DNA of 64,000 nucleotides from Alphaproteobacteria bacterium (GCA_965216755.1 CBDCGL010000011.1:256001-320000); one strand, 5' to 3'; shown: positions 21,635-32,417, counted from the stretch's first letter. A program made the numbers and translations. The notes: generated from the sequence alone by a model not told the origin.

Positions 21635-23626
21635 ATGTCCCAACAAAAATTCGAACCTAGTATTGTCGAAGAACAGGTTACGGGTATTCCACAACAAATT
21701 TCGGACGCTGGGGCGTTTTGCCGTGCATTCCTGGACTGCAATCCTCTGCCGTCTGCGGTGTGCCACTGCGATGACGGCAGTGTCGTCTACGCCAATAAAC
21801 ACTTGCGCGATGTCTTCGCGCTCGAAACTGCCCAGATGACTTCGACTTCACTTGCGCAGTTCTTTAAAGCTCCGAACGGCTTTGAGTCGTTGATGAATGC
21901 CGTGGCGGGCCAGGAAGCCAGCGATGCACGCGAGACCGAGTTCGTGCGTGGCGACCAGACCGAATTTTGGGCGCTGGTGTCTGCCCAAAAACTTTCGTTT
22001 GGCGATCGACCGTGTTTGGTGATTGTCATCAACGACCTCAACGATATCAAGCGAAGTCAACGGGCCTTGAGGAATAGCGAGGCGCGTGCACGACGTGCGC
22101 ATGATCGCCTTATCGAAGCACTCGATTGCATCTCTGATGCTTTCGCCCTTTTTGGTAAGGACGATCGGATGGTACTCTGCAATGCGAACTACAAGCGTTT
22201 CCATCCAAATATTGCCGACATCTTGGTGCCAGGTGTTCAATTCGAAACATTATTGAACAGGCAACTCGATTCAGGCGCGCTTCGAATTGGCGACGGTACA
22301 CGTGCGGAGACGTATGATCGCCGCATGGCAATGCATCGCGGAGAACGCGGGCTCTACGAAATCGAGCTGGACGATGGCCGGTGGTTGCTTAGCAACGAGC
22401 GTTCGACCCAAGACGGCGGCACGGTACTTGTGCAAACCGATATTACGGAACTAAAGCACAACCAGCAGGCCGTCGAACTGGCGCATGAAAGGTTGGTGGG
22501 GGCTTTGGAAGCGCTGCCCGCCATGCTTTTCCTTTATGGCGCGGATAACCGGTTGGCTCTTACAAACAGCGCCGCAAGGTCGGAAGACAGTCCGTGGCGC
22601 GATTTCGCTGTCGTCGGAACGAAATTCGAGGACGTTGCGCGCGCGTTCCACGGCAGTTCGCAAAACCGTGCGCCGGTCGCGAGCGGCCACGGGAATATTG
22701 ACCAACCCCAAGGGGAGAACACGAACGCGCATCAAGAGTTTGAACACAGACTATCCGACGGACGCACGTTTCGCGTGCTCGCGCGGCCCCTGCCGGACGG
22801 CGGCGCAATCAAACTGCACATCGATGTAAGCAAACAAAAGCGGATCGAGGATGAACTGAGGCGCGCGAAAGAAGTCGCCGAATCAACGGATCGCGCGAAG
22901 TCCGTTTTTCTCGCGCAAATCAGCCATGAGCTCCGAACGCCACTCAACGCGATATTGGGATACGCAAACCTGATCGATCGCGCGACGAAGGCTGCGGCCC
23001 AAATGCCCGGCTCGCCGGGCGCGACAAGATGCGGCGAATATGCCCGACTGATAAGAGCGAGTGGCCAGCACCTTTTGCAGCTGATCAATGATGTTTTGGA
23101 CATGGCGCAATCGGAAAGCGGCAACCTCCATCTCCGCGACGAGATCGTGGACCTCTACGAAACCGCGCAAACATGTGTTGACATGCTGCACGAAAGGGCG
23201 CGCGCCACTGACATCAAACTGGATGCGGCTCTTGAAGCCAACTTGCCGCTGATCAGGGGTGACGCGCGGCGCATCAGGCAAATACTGATCAATTTGCTCG
23301 GCAACGCGATCAAGTTCACGCCAGCTGGCGGAGGTGTCTCCGTCAATATTTACCAACTGCCCAATCGCGATATTGCCATCAAAGTTTCGGACACAGGAAT
23401 TGGTATGCGAACCGAAGATATTCCGAAGGCGCTGACCCCATTCGTGCAGTTGGAGTCAGGACTTGATCGCCGCTATGAGGGGACCGGACTTGGGTTACCG
23501 CTGACCAAGAACTTGGTCGAACTCCATGACGGCAAAATGACGATCGTGTCGGCGTTGAATGAAGGGACAACGACGACGGTAACGCTACCCGCAGAGCGAA
23601 CGCTCTCGCCTAATGACCGCCGTTGA
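21635..23626 (+). CDS. cytoplasmic multi-PAS sensor histidine kinase
   Basis: Three PAS-like repeats, [39 protein letters not shown]. Confidence 0.9.
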   Translation: MSQQKFEPSIVEEQVTGIPQQISDAGAFCRAFLDCNPLPSAVCHCDDGSVVYANKHLRDVFALETAQMTSTSLAQFFKAPNGFESLMNAVAGQEASDARETEFVRGDQTEFWALVSAQKLSFGDRPCLVIVINDLNDIKRSQRALRNSEARARRAHDRLIEALDCISDAFALFGKDDRMVLCNANYKRFHPNIADILVPGVQFETLLNRQLDSGALRIGDGTRAETYDRRMAMHRGERGLYEIELDDGRWLLSNERSTQDGGTVLVQTDITELKHNQQAVELAHERLVGALEALPAMLFLYGADNRLALTNSAARSEDSPWRDFAVVGTKFEDVARAFHGSSQNRAPVASGHGNIDQPQGENTNAHQEFEHRLSDGRTFRVLARPLPDGGAIKLHIDVSKQKRIEDELRRAKEVAESTDRAKSVFLAQISHELRTPLNAILGYANLIDRATKAAAQMPGSPGATRCGEYARLIRASGQHLLQLINDVLDMAQSESGNLHLRDEIVDLYETAQTCVDMLHERARATDIKLDAALEANLPLIRGDARRIRQILINLLGNAIKFTPAGGGVSVNIYQLPNRDIAIKVSDTGIGMRTEDIPKALTPFVQLESGLDRRYEGTGLGLPLTKNLVELHDGKMTIVSALNEGTTTTVTLPAERTLSPNDRR

Positions 23627-23730
23627 AATATGTCACCCTGCCGGGCACGCGCTGTTCTTTCGAACCGGCAAGGCCTTGTACGGCACCACGGTCTTAATTG
23701 CTGTGCCGGCAACCAGCTCTTCCTATCGTG

Positions 23731-26361
23731 TTATCGAACGACAAGCCGGCAATTGCCCGAGCGCGATTTCAGAGCATCGCACAAGGCACGTGCATTGGCT
23801 TCCGTCATGGGCCCAGCTCGCAATCGATAGAACGTACCCTTCTCTGGTCCAAGGTCGGCACGTTGAATATCCAAGCGCTGGTCTTGAAGTAAATCCGGGA
23901 ACATTTGGGTCAATCTGTTCCATTCGCGCTCTTGCTCGGTGGGATCCGGGGAGCGGACGGACGCGATTTGAACCATGTGGGTCCCAATCTCGACCCCTGA
24001 GGCCACATTCGATGCGCCCCCTGCCGGAACAGATTGCGAAGGTGCGACTACCGTTGTTGCGGCCAGATCTGGCTGCGTCGGATCAGGCAGGACCGGAGCT
24101 GGCAGCGTCGCGTCTGGCAGTGTCGGTTCCGGCAGCGTTGGCTCAGGCAAAGCCCGATCCGGCACGTTGGTCGGCGTATCCGGAAGTGAGATCGCTGCCA
24201 CGGGTGGGTCCAGGGCCGCCATAGGTCTATCTGTCGCTGGTGGTGGCAATTCCGACTGCAGCGTATGATCGATCGGCGGCGACGTCGCCGATGTAGCGGA
24301 AACCGGCGGTGCAGGGGCTGGCGTCACAACAGCGGGCGCGGTTTGGGCCCCGGGATTGCTGTCCACTGGCGGCGCAGCTTGCATCGGTTGCGATGTGGAT
24401 TGCGGATCAGCGACCCCGGACTCTCTTTGCACTGGCGCACTCGGTGGTGGGATCACGGGCGTGGGTGGCCGCTCCACCACATCTGGTGCCGGAACTACGG
24501 GCGCTTGCGCGCCACTGACAGCCGGCTGTACTGCCGCTGTCGGCGCTGTGGCCACGGGTGGCGCAATTGCGGCAACTTCCACCGCGGTCGACGGCGTGGT
24601 TGACGGGATCGCCGACTCGCTTGGTATATCAATCGATTGCTCGGGACCAGCGGGGATCTGCGGCTGTCTGCTTGGCGGCACTGTTGCGGCCCCAGCGGCG
24701 ACGGGTTGCGGCGGTGCGGCCGGCGCTTCGGCGACCACAATTTGTCCGGTATCTCTGTCCGTCAACGATCCGGTTGGTGCGCGAGATCCAGCTGGGGGCG
24801 TGGCGACCGGACTTGGTGTCGTTGGTTGGGGCGCCGCGGCGACGACTTGTTGCGCATTTCCAAGGTCTCGGTCTCTAATCGTGCCGGTCGCGGACGGCAA
24901 CGCTTGATTGATTTGGGGGGCCGTTTGAGAAGTCGCGGGGGCCGCGGCGACAGTTGTTGGCGCCGCTGTCGCGGGTCCGACCGTTGCCGGGGTGACCGCC
25001 GTTGGTTGGTTTGTCGCGGTTGCTGGCGCGGCGCCCTGCGGCTGGGGCGACTGGGCCTGAGCTTGCGGCGGTTGCGCCACGGCGACGGACTGCGTGACCG
25101 CCGGGGGTTGGCTTGGTATCTCAGCCACGACCGTTTCCGACGGCGCCACGGTGGTCCTGGATGACGCCGTTGGTTCCGGCAGCGGTGGTTGGGGGCGGCC
25201 CGTAGCGGGGTTCGCCCCGCTTGCAGGTGGGATCGACGGCGCTGGCAAAGCAGCCGTATCCGCGACCGCGGTAGGCGCCGGCAAAGTTGGCTCGGGCAGG
25301 GGGGGTTGACTGCTTGCCTGCGGCACGCCCGTTTGCGCTCCGGCGACGGTGCCCGGTTCTGTCGGCGCGTTTGCGCGAGACGTTGTGGGTTGCGCCCCCA
25401 CCGGCGCCTGAGTCGGGACAGCATTTGCCGCAATATCGCCGGTGGGCGGGCTTTGGGGCGGAGCCTGCGCCACGACGGGTGCCGCCGCGGTCAGAGCATC
25501 CACGCGTCCGCGGGCGGCGATGACATTAGGATGTTCGTTGCCGACCATCGGCACCCAAATATCAATGGCCCGTTGATACAGGTTTCTTGCCTCGTCACCT
25601 TGGCCCAGCGATTCATAAACCGACGCAAGGTTGTACGCCGTCATAGCCAAACGCCGATCAGTCGGGCCAACTGACGTTTCGAGAATCCCAATCGAGCGCG
25701 TAAGCAATTGTTTTGCCTGCTCAAATTCTCCTTGTGCCGCATACACGGCGCTGAAATTGCTCAACACTTGGGCGACATTCGGATCCGCCGGACCCAGGGC
25801 CGATTCGAGAATGGTGAGAAGCCGTTGATAAAGCGGAATGGCCTCCGAATATCGGCCTTGGGCGCCGTATAGGGTACTGAGGTAACTGAGCGCGTTCGCA
25901 AGGCCAAGATCCGTCGGCCCCAGTGTCTTTTCCTGAATTTCCAGCAGTCGGACATAGAGCGGCTCGGCGTTTTCATAGCGTCCTTGTGCCCAATATAGTT
26001 CGGCCAAATTGAGCATATGCGCGGCGGTGTTGAGGCTGTCCGGGCCAAATTCGAGCTCACTTAGCCGCACCGCATTCAGAAGGTAAGGCAACGCTTCGTC
26101 ATATTTGCCTTGCTCGTACAAGGCCACACCTTGCTCGTTGTTGCTTTTCAGTTCGGGCGAAGACGCTGGCTCTTGCGCGGTTGCCCAGCCGATGCTGCCA
26201 AATAGCAACAGGCCGACGACGATCACCCTTGCTCCACAAGCACAAGCGTTTGCCGGCCGCCGCCAAAGCGCAATCCGGCGACAGTCACCAAGCTTTCGTG
26301 CTAAGATTTCAAACATCGTCAACGGACTTTCCAGCCTGAATCTGAGGCAGACGAGTGGCAC
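23731..26361 (-). CDS. exported TPR-repeat protein with long Pro/Ala linker and C-terminal SPOR domain
   Basis: Signal ending WATA|Q, kinesin-light-chain-type TPRs, VQIASVR..EW.RL..FPDLL..FYRLRAGP..ALC; start uncertain. Confidence 0.8.
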   Translation of the reverse strand: MPLVCLRFRLESPLTMFEILARKLGDCRRIALWRRPANACACGARVIVVGLLLFGSIGWATAQEPASSPELKSNNEQGVALYEQGKYDEALPYLLNAVRLSELEFGPDSLNTAAHMLNLAELYWAQGRYENAEPLYVRLLEIQEKTLGPTDLGLANALSYLSTLYGAQGRYSEAIPLYQRLLTILESALGPADPNVAQVLSNFSAVYAAQGEFEQAKQLLTRSIGILETSVGPTDRRLAMTAYNLASVYESLGQGDEARNLYQRAIDIWVPMVGNEHPNVIAARGRVDALTAAAPVVAQAPPQSPPTGDIAANAVPTQAPVGAQPTTSRANAPTEPGTVAGAQTGVPQASSQPPLPEPTLPAPTAVADTAALPAPSIPPASGANPATGRPQPPLPEPTASSRTTVAPSETVVAEIPSQPPAVTQSVAVAQPPQAQAQSPQPQGAAPATATNQPTAVTPATVGPATAAPTTVAAAPATSQTAPQINQALPSATGTIRDRDLGNAQQVVAAAPQPTTPSPVATPPAGSRAPTGSLTDRDTGQIVVAEAPAAPPQPVAAGAATVPPSRQPQIPAGPEQSIDIPSESAIPSTTPSTAVEVAAIAPPVATAPTAAVQPAVSGAQAPVVPAPDVVERPPTPVIPPPSAPVQRESGVADPQSTSQPMQAAPPVDSNPGAQTAPAVVTPAPAPPVSATSATSPPIDHTLQSELPPPATDRPMAALDPPVAAISLPDTPTNVPDRALPEPTLPEPTLPDATLPAPVLPDPTQPDLAATTVVAPSQSVPAGGASNVASGVEIGTHMVQIASVRSPDPTEQEREWNRLTQMFPDLLQDQRLDIQRADLGPEKGTFYRLRAGPMTEANARALCDALKSRSGNCRLVVR

Positions 26362-26706
26362 CCAGGCAAAATCGCGCGCATGACCGCTCGAATTGAATTC
26401 CGGTATCCAACTGCGGCGGCGGCCATCTTGCCATATCTCATCGGGCGGGTGTGTATAGCCTTACGAGAAACGTACAAAACCCAAGCATAGCGCGAAAATA
26501 TGCCAGAAATCATAAGAATAGTCACGATATCGGCGGACCAGATACGTGAATGCGTGGCTCGGGCAGCGCTGGTGTTGGGGTCGTACCGCGCGGCGTCAGT
26601 TCGTTTGGCGTCATTTTCACGTTCGTGCTCTTAGATTTCAGATCCGAGGCATTATTTAAAGAGACGACTTGGGGACAAGATATGAACAGGCGAAGGACGT
26701 CGTGGC

Positions 26707-27297
26707 ATGCAGTTTCGTCGTGAGTTAGTTGCGGCATATGTGACTTTCCAGGATTACCGCACTTTCGTCGCTCTTGTCTGGCTGGTGAGCCTGTACTTGG
26801 TGGTGGCCACAAACGCCGCGCCGGCACATGCGCAAGAGAGCGAATATACACTTGGCACCGGTGATTCGTTACGGGTAACCGTTTTTGGGCACACGGACCT
26901 TTCCGGCGACTTTCAAGTCGGGGCAAGCGGTTATGTGGCGATGCCGTTGATTGGCGAGATCGCCGCGCGCGGCCGAACCGCGCGCGAGCTTGAAGCGGCA
27001 ATCGTCGGCGCCCTAAAGCCAGACTATCTGAAGAACCCGCGGGTCGGCGTCGAGGTCACCAACTATCGGCCATTTTACATCATTGGCGAGGTCAAGGCGC
27101 CCGGCAGTTACGCTTACGTTAGCGGTATGCGGGTGGTCAACGCCGTCGCCCTGGCCGGTGGATTTACCTACAGGGCGCGCGAAAACAGTCTTTTCATCAC
27201 GCGCGCGACTACAGGCACCAACGAGAAAGAGCCGGCCGATCAAAATACGGTTGTCCTCCCCGGCGACATTATCGAAGTACCGGAGCGATTTTTCTGA
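26707..27297 (+). CDS. polysaccharide export (Poly_export/SLBB) family protein
   Basis: YTLGTGDSLRVTVFG, MPLIG, YRPFYIIGEVKAPG, AVALAGGFTYRA, PGDIIEVPERFF. Confidence 0.9.
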   Translation: MQFRRELVAAYVTFQDYRTFVALVWLVSLYLVVATNAAPAHAQESEYTLGTGDSLRVTVFGHTDLSGDFQVGASGYVAMPLIGEIAARGRTARELEAAIVGALKPDYLKNPRVGVEVTNYRPFYIIGEVKAPGSYAYVSGMRVVNAVALAGGFTYRARENSLFITRATTGTNEKEPADQNTVVLPGDIIEVPERFF

Positions 27298-27612
27298 CCG
27301 ACGACGCGCAAATACCTGCAGCGGACTAAGGGCGCAGTGTTGGTCTCGTAATTGCGTAGTTCGACCGCTTCCGAGAACCAAAAATTCATTTTTGCCCGCG
27401 ACAACTCTATCTCTGATCGCGATTCCGGTGTCCGGACACTGGCGCCCAAGCAACGTCCTTTTTTTTGCTTCAAGCGGGCAAGCAGTTGTTAAGGTAATTG
27501 GAGAATTGTCTCTGATGGAACATGAACTTCGACTGGCGGTCGATGGCCGAGCCGGTCGACAAGCAACAAACGCATTGGCTGTCTCATTCGTGAACAAGGG
27601 GACGTCTCACCC

Positions 27613-28959
27613 GTGAATAAAACACCTCACTCGTGCCAGTATCGCGCCGGGTGGCTGGCGGCTTTGGTCGGGGGGGGCCGTTGCCAGGTGAAGTCGTTCG
27701 AGCGTTCCCTGGTGAAACGACGCAAAGCAATTCTTCTGGGCCTTTTTCTCGCGTTTCTTTGGCCCATCGCGGCGACCGCCGCAGGAACGACCGTGCCGAA
27801 AAGCAAGGCCACGGGGATCGATCTGTTCGTCGCAGGCTCTTACGAACAGGCCCTGCCACATTTTCTTGCGGCTTTGCAGACAAGCGTCATAGAGACCGGT
27901 GCAGAGAGTGCGCAGACGACGTCCCTGTTGAGTGAACTCAGTGACTTGTACTGGTTTGAAGGCCGATATGACGAAGCTGAGTCCTTGTACACACAATATT
28001 TGGCGAGTCTGGAGGCGCGGCTCGGGCCGAATGACAGCGGTCTCGCGCAGGTTCTGAGTTATTTGAGTACCTTATACGGTGCTACCGGGCGCTATGACGA
28101 GGCCGAACGGAATTTTGAAAGGTCGCTCGGCATCTTGGCGTCAGCGGAACCCGAAGACGATCCTCGCACCGCGATGGCCGCGTACAACTTGGCGACCGTG
28201 TACGAATTCAGTGGACGCCAGGAAGACGCCGCGGATCTTTACAGCCAGGCTTTAGATATTTGGATCCCTGCTCTGGGGCCGAATCACCCCAATGTTGTCT
28301 CCGCTCGTACGCGATTGGCTAAGCTGCGCAAAACAACCGAGGGCCAAGCAAGGTCACCGTATGCGCCGAGCCAGGTGATACCTGCGGCAGTGAGTTCGGA
28401 CCTCTCCGAGGTGAAAGACACGGATACGGCATCAGATGCACCAGGAAAGCCGGCTGAAGTCCAGCACCGGGAAGAATTAGAGGTTTCAGCCGGTACTGAC
28501 GGGTCTGGGAAGCCGGACGGGCGGCCTGAACCGGCTGGGCAAGAAGCCCAGGCCGTTGAAGCGGCCGGGGCTGTGGCCGCCGGGCCTCAGGAACCCGGGG
28601 CGCACCAGCCCGCGCCGGCAACCGATTCGGCTCCCGCGGCGCTTGACGTCACAACCGACACTGCCGCCCTAGGTCAGAGCGCGGCGTATTCGAGCGGCGA
28701 TGAGGCCGGTTACCGAGTCCATTTGGCGTCTGTCTTCAATGCCGATCGTGTCGCGCAAGAGCGCGAGTGGTCAAGGCTCCGCGATATGTATCCGGATCTG
28801 CTTGCGGATCTGGACCTGACGATCGTCAAGGTCGATCTGGGTCCGGAAAAGGGTCTCTATCATCGCATCATGGCCGGGCCCCTGACCGACGAAACGGCGC
28901 CAGCGCTTTGCGCGGAGCTTGCCAAGCGTGGTGCCTGGTGCCAAGCCGTCGAAAAGTAG
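27613..28959 (+). CDS. exported TPR-SPOR protein, paralogue of 23731-26361
   Basis: LSYLSTLYGA.GRY.EA, DIW....G..HPNV and DLGPEKG shared with the paralogue; start uncertain. Confidence 0.8.
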   Translation: MNKTPHSCQYRAGWLAALVGGGRCQVKSFERSLVKRRKAILLGLFLAFLWPIAATAAGTTVPKSKATGIDLFVAGSYEQALPHFLAALQTSVIETGAESAQTTSLLSELSDLYWFEGRYDEAESLYTQYLASLEARLGPNDSGLAQVLSYLSTLYGATGRYDEAERNFERSLGILASAEPEDDPRTAMAAYNLATVYEFSGRQEDAADLYSQALDIWIPALGPNHPNVVSARTRLAKLRKTTEGQARSPYAPSQVIPAAVSSDLSEVKDTDTASDAPGKPAEVQHREELEVSAGTDGSGKPDGRPEPAGQEAQAVEAAGAVAAGPQEPGAHQPAPATDSAPAALDVTTDTAALGQSAAYSSGDEAGYRVHLASVFNADRVAQEREWSRLRDMYPDLLADLDLTIVKVDLGPEKGLYHRIMAGPLTDETAPALCAELAKRGAWCQAVEK

Positions 28960-29049
28960 GCTGATACGGGGGCTCCTTCCGCCCTCGTGAGCCGGTCCGG
29001 TCCAGCGTGCCATGATGAATCCGTCGGCGAGAGCGGATCACGGTCAATT

Positions 29050-29233
29050 GCGTTCACATGAGATCCAAAGATTCGGCTTGTGCCCCGACGAATCCGAAGT
29101 TCGTATGGTGCATGGGTCAGACGTGACGAATTTCGGATTCGGGACACGAGCATCGCGCTGCGTGGCGCTTCGTGAGGATCGCCGCGCGGGACCCCGAACA
29201 GAATTGATTCAATTTAGTCGAAAAGTGCTCTAG
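29050..29233. repeat. repeat family A, partial copy 2
   Basis: High similarity to 20870-21047; terminal CTAG supplies the stop of the adjacent gene. Confidence 0.75.
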
Positions 29234-30150
29234 CCGCCGGAGTCTGGCAGCGGCCCCAGGTGTCTGGCCCAGTGCCGCATGATTTCCAAGCCGAATGATG
29301 TCACCGGCGCGGACGGCCCGCGTACGGTACCCATCGGGATACCCAGACGCTGGGCAAGCAACCGCTTACCGTAGGCGATGAAGTTCTCGACCGATGACAT
29401 CATAAAGACGATCAAGGGGAGGAGCTCCTGGTGGAGCTTTTCGGCCTCCGCCCAATCCTCCGCTCGGCCTCGTTGAATAAGCTCATAGATGCGCACCTGG
29501 GGATCAAAAAGGTCCGGAGCAGGAATGCAGCCAACGCACCCCGCCCTCAAAGAATCCGGCAGCTGCAGGCCACCATAGCCATTGAAAATGTCGAAGGCGC
29601 CGTTGCAGTCTTCAATCAGCTGGTGGACGTAAGTGGCAGGACCCTCGGCCTTCAAAAGGCAGATATTCGGATGCTGACTGTTAAGTGATTTGAGCGCAGC
29701 GTTGGAAAGGCTTGTCGACAACAGCCCCGGAGCGTTCTGGATTGCCAACGGTATTTCCGCACGCTCGGCGACGCTGCCAAAGAAACGTACATATTCAATT
29801 TCAGCCACACCGGCGATCGATGGCGGCTGCAAAATGGCCCAGTCGGCTCCCGCCGCCTTGGCGGCCGCAACAAAAGAAATCTGACCTGGAACGCTCGGTT
29901 CCCCAACCGTCACGGCATAGGGCACGCGACCGGCGATATCCTCAGCAACCCAATCGACAAGCTGTCGCCTTTCGTTGACGTCCAACTTGCCGACTTCGGT
30001 CGCCAATCCCATCACGGCGATACCATGCGCGCCTGCGCCAATACAACCTTCGACTTGGCGGCGCATAGCGCTTCGATCCAGCTTGCCGGCTGAATCAAAG
30101 AAACTATACAAGATCGGATAAATGCCATGAAAACGCGTGTTCGTTGTCAT
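29230..30150 (-). CDS. dihydrodipicolinate synthase-family lyase
   Basis: GIYPIL, GLATE, IQNAP, Schiff-base Lys in LKAEG. Confidence 0.85.
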   Translation of the reverse strand: MTTNTRFHGIYPILYSFFDSAGKLDRSAMRRQVEGCIGAGAHGIAVMGLATEVGKLDVNERRQLVDWVAEDIAGRVPYAVTVGEPSVPGQISFVAAAKAAGADWAILQPPSIAGVAEIEYVRFFGSVAERAEIPLAIQNAPGLLSTSLSNAALKSLNSQHPNICLLKAEGPATYVHQLIEDCNGAFDIFNGYGGLQLPDSLRAGCVGCIPAPDLFDPQVRIYELIQRGRAEDWAEAEKLHQELLPLIVFMMSSVENFIAYGKRLLAQRLGIPMGTVRGPSAPVTSFGLEIMRHWARHLGPLPDSGG

Positions 30151-30729
30151 AGCGGTCACCTCGTCGTAAGCTACCGGGTCGCGGGCCTAGAACCAATGTT
30201 CGGCCCAAAATGGGCACTTGCAATGGCGGCCCGAGCGCAGCCTTTACCACATAACAGTGACTGGGGACACAAAGCCCGGATTATCCACTTCGGACAATCC
30301 GGGCCTCAAGAGTCGTGCGACACTCAGAACATGTGCGGGGGGCATGGCCGAATGTCGACTGTAGCCAAAGTAGCGCCAAACCATGTGCCGATCATGGGTC
30401 ATTTGGACCATCATCTGGTGCGCGTTGCGAACCGGTTTCCATTTTCGCTCCTCTCGATGCTTGTCGGAGAGGATATATCGTCTCGTTTGAAAGGCATCGA
30501 TAGAAATTGTGATCGCAATCACTGCAAAGATCTAAGTAATCGGCGATATTGGCCGCGTTCCATCTTGCTTCCCTGAACTCGCGCTGACGTGGAGACATCT
30601 GCACGTCAGCTTTTTTTTGTTCTCGTATTACGTTTTATTTACCTTTATTCAAATATTATTTTTCGGCGATCTATCTGGTTTTGTTCAATTGCGTGGCGAC
30701 GCCATCACAACATGGGTTTGCTCGTCGCA

Positions 30730-30833
30730 CTAGATCAATCTTCGTTCAAACGGAGGCGTCTGAACAAAGTTAAATTGATCGATATCAAATAGATAAAGCA
30801 TGACATGCCAACGCATGTGAGCGTGAAATGCTC
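30730..30833 (-). repeat. palindromic miniature repeat family B, copy 2
   Basis: Inverted copy of 13486-13592. Confidence 0.75.
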
Positions 30834-30890
30834 GTTCTTGCGTGGCCCGAGACGGGTCGCCGCAAAACTCATTCTGTGAGGTCTGAAAAT

Positions 30891-31115
30891 ATGGTTTGGG
30901 GTCGGGCGCGTGTGGGGCTGGGAGACCGGTTTACAAAGGTCTCATCCGATCCGTCGACGATCTGGGTCGTCGACCGATTGATTGATCAAGATGGAATGCC
31001 GCAACATGCCGAGCTAATCCGCGCCGACGACGGTAGTGGGTCTATGATTGTCTCTACCTGGACACTGAAGAATAACAAATACTTTCGGTCGGCCTCGGAC
31101 GCACAACAGTCGTGA
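30891..31115 (+). CDS. small hypothetical protein
   Basis: RBS GAGG; plausible 74-aa ORF converging on a hairpin. Confidence 0.5.
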   Translation: MVWGRARVGLGDRFTKVSSDPSTIWVVDRLIDQDGMPQHAELIRADDGSGSMIVSTWTLKNNKYFRSASDAQQS

Positions 31116-31149
31116 GTTTCGTTTCCATCGTAAAAGGCTGAAACGCAAC

Positions 31150-31176
31150 CGACCGAGGCGAGTTTCGCCTCGGTCG
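31150..31176. terminator. hairpin between convergent genes
   Basis: CGACCGAGGCGA-GTT-TCGCCTCGGTCG perfect stem. Confidence 0.6.
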
Positions 31177-31216
31177 GCCCGTTGTCGTTGAAAAACTGTT
31201 TGGCTGAAAACGCTGC

Positions 31217-31390
31217 CTATTGCGTCGCCGCGTCGAGCTTGTCGGAGACGGTGCCAAAAACGGCCGACAGGCTGCTGCCCATCGTCGTCAGCGCGCCGAT
31301 CGCGGCAACGGAAACGAGCGCAGCGATCAAGCCGTATTCGATCGCCGTGGCGCCGGCTTCGTCTTGGAGATACCGAGTAAAAGAAGTCAT
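31217..31390 (-). CDS. flp: Flp/Tad type IVb pilin (57 aa, absent from the ORF track)
   Basis: MTSFTRYLQDEAG|ATAIEYGLIAALVSVAAIGALTTMGSSLSAVFGTVSDKLDAATQ; RBS GGAG. Confidence 0.92.
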   Translation of the reverse strand: MTSFTRYLQDEAGATAIEYGLIAALVSVAAIGALTTMGSSLSAVFGTVSDKLDAATQ

Positions 31391-31710
31391 TGAACACGCT
31401 CCGTGGTAGGTCCGTCGTTAAGAAATCCTGACAGTTTTATCGCACCAACCACTTTGCTGGTCATGCATGCGATCTCTTTATATACTCACGGTTTCACCAA
31501 TTTCAGAGTGATCACTATCACACGTCTTACGTTTTTCTAAATGTATTTATCGTTTGTATATAATTTTCGATAAATTGCGAATTTATATTATGTAATATTA
31601 TTTTTGTATTAGAATAATGTTTGTGGCCTGGTCCTCTGGCGGAATCGCGCTCGCGCTGTCGTACGTGCGATTGCGATTCCGCCGGATCGATTCTCTTGGT
31701 CAGGCAAGCG

Positions 31711-32052
31711 CTAATAAAGCGTCGCGAGCGTCGCGCCGGTGGCGGGATTGTGAATATGGCGGTAGCGGCCGGTATCGCGGCCGAGTTGTCGATTGTTTTG
31801 ATTCTCAACAACGACGGTTGGCGTACCGGTCGTTGCGCCGACGGCCGTCACAGGGCCGGCGGTGCGGTTCGTGTCTCGACCGACCGTTGGTAGCGCCGCG
31901 ACGTTCACCGTTTCGACGATCGCGGCCGCGTAGGCCGGAGCAGCGTTCTCGAAGTGTACACGATTGCCATTGATGGGTTGGGCTTGCGCGGTCGTTGCGA
32001 CCGCCGCCACAGCGATTGTCGTCAAAAGTGCTCGCCTCAGTAAACTGGTCAT
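31711..32052 (-). CDS. small secreted hypothetical protein
   Basis: RBS AGGAG; signal MTSLLRRALLTTIAVAAVATTAQA|Q. Confidence 0.7.
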   Translation of the reverse strand: MTSLLRRALLTTIAVAAVATTAQAQPINGNRVHFENAAPAYAAAIVETVNVAALPTVGRDTNRTAGPVTAVGATTGTPTVVVENQNNRQLGRDTGRYRHIHNPATGATLATLY

Positions 32053-32417
32053 GTTTGTGCTCCTGCAATTCCCTGGCGCCGTGATTGCCAAATCCGCTTT
32101 CTGTCGGTCGCCGTCTGCGTTGAGCTGATTTCTACACACATGCCGAACCGAGTGCTGTGAAGCTGTTCACGGCGGCGCTCACGGTATGTGCACAATTACG
32201 TGATAAGGGCGTTGAGGCGATACACGGAAGCCGGTCCGCGTGCGGTCCGGCAAACGGTTTTGCAGGGCGTCTGACCCGGCAGGTTCGAGACCGCTGGGGC
32301 TCCCTATGGAGTTCTATGTGGCTGGCGGCAATGCAGGGGGGGGCGGTGTGATCGCGTCACAATGCGCCGTCTGCTGCGTGGAGCCCCCCGCCGGACCGCA
32401 AACAGCATTGATTCAAT

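Noticed and set aside
23975-25674. Many long alternative-frame ORFs within the TPR-SPOR linker (and likewise in 58385-60797)
   Set aside because: Expected stop-poor shadows of GC-rich low-complexity coding sequence.
32074-32088. TGGCGCCGTGATTGC sigma54-like motif
   Set aside because: Points into a region with no credible gene and away from the adjacent ORF; probably chance.
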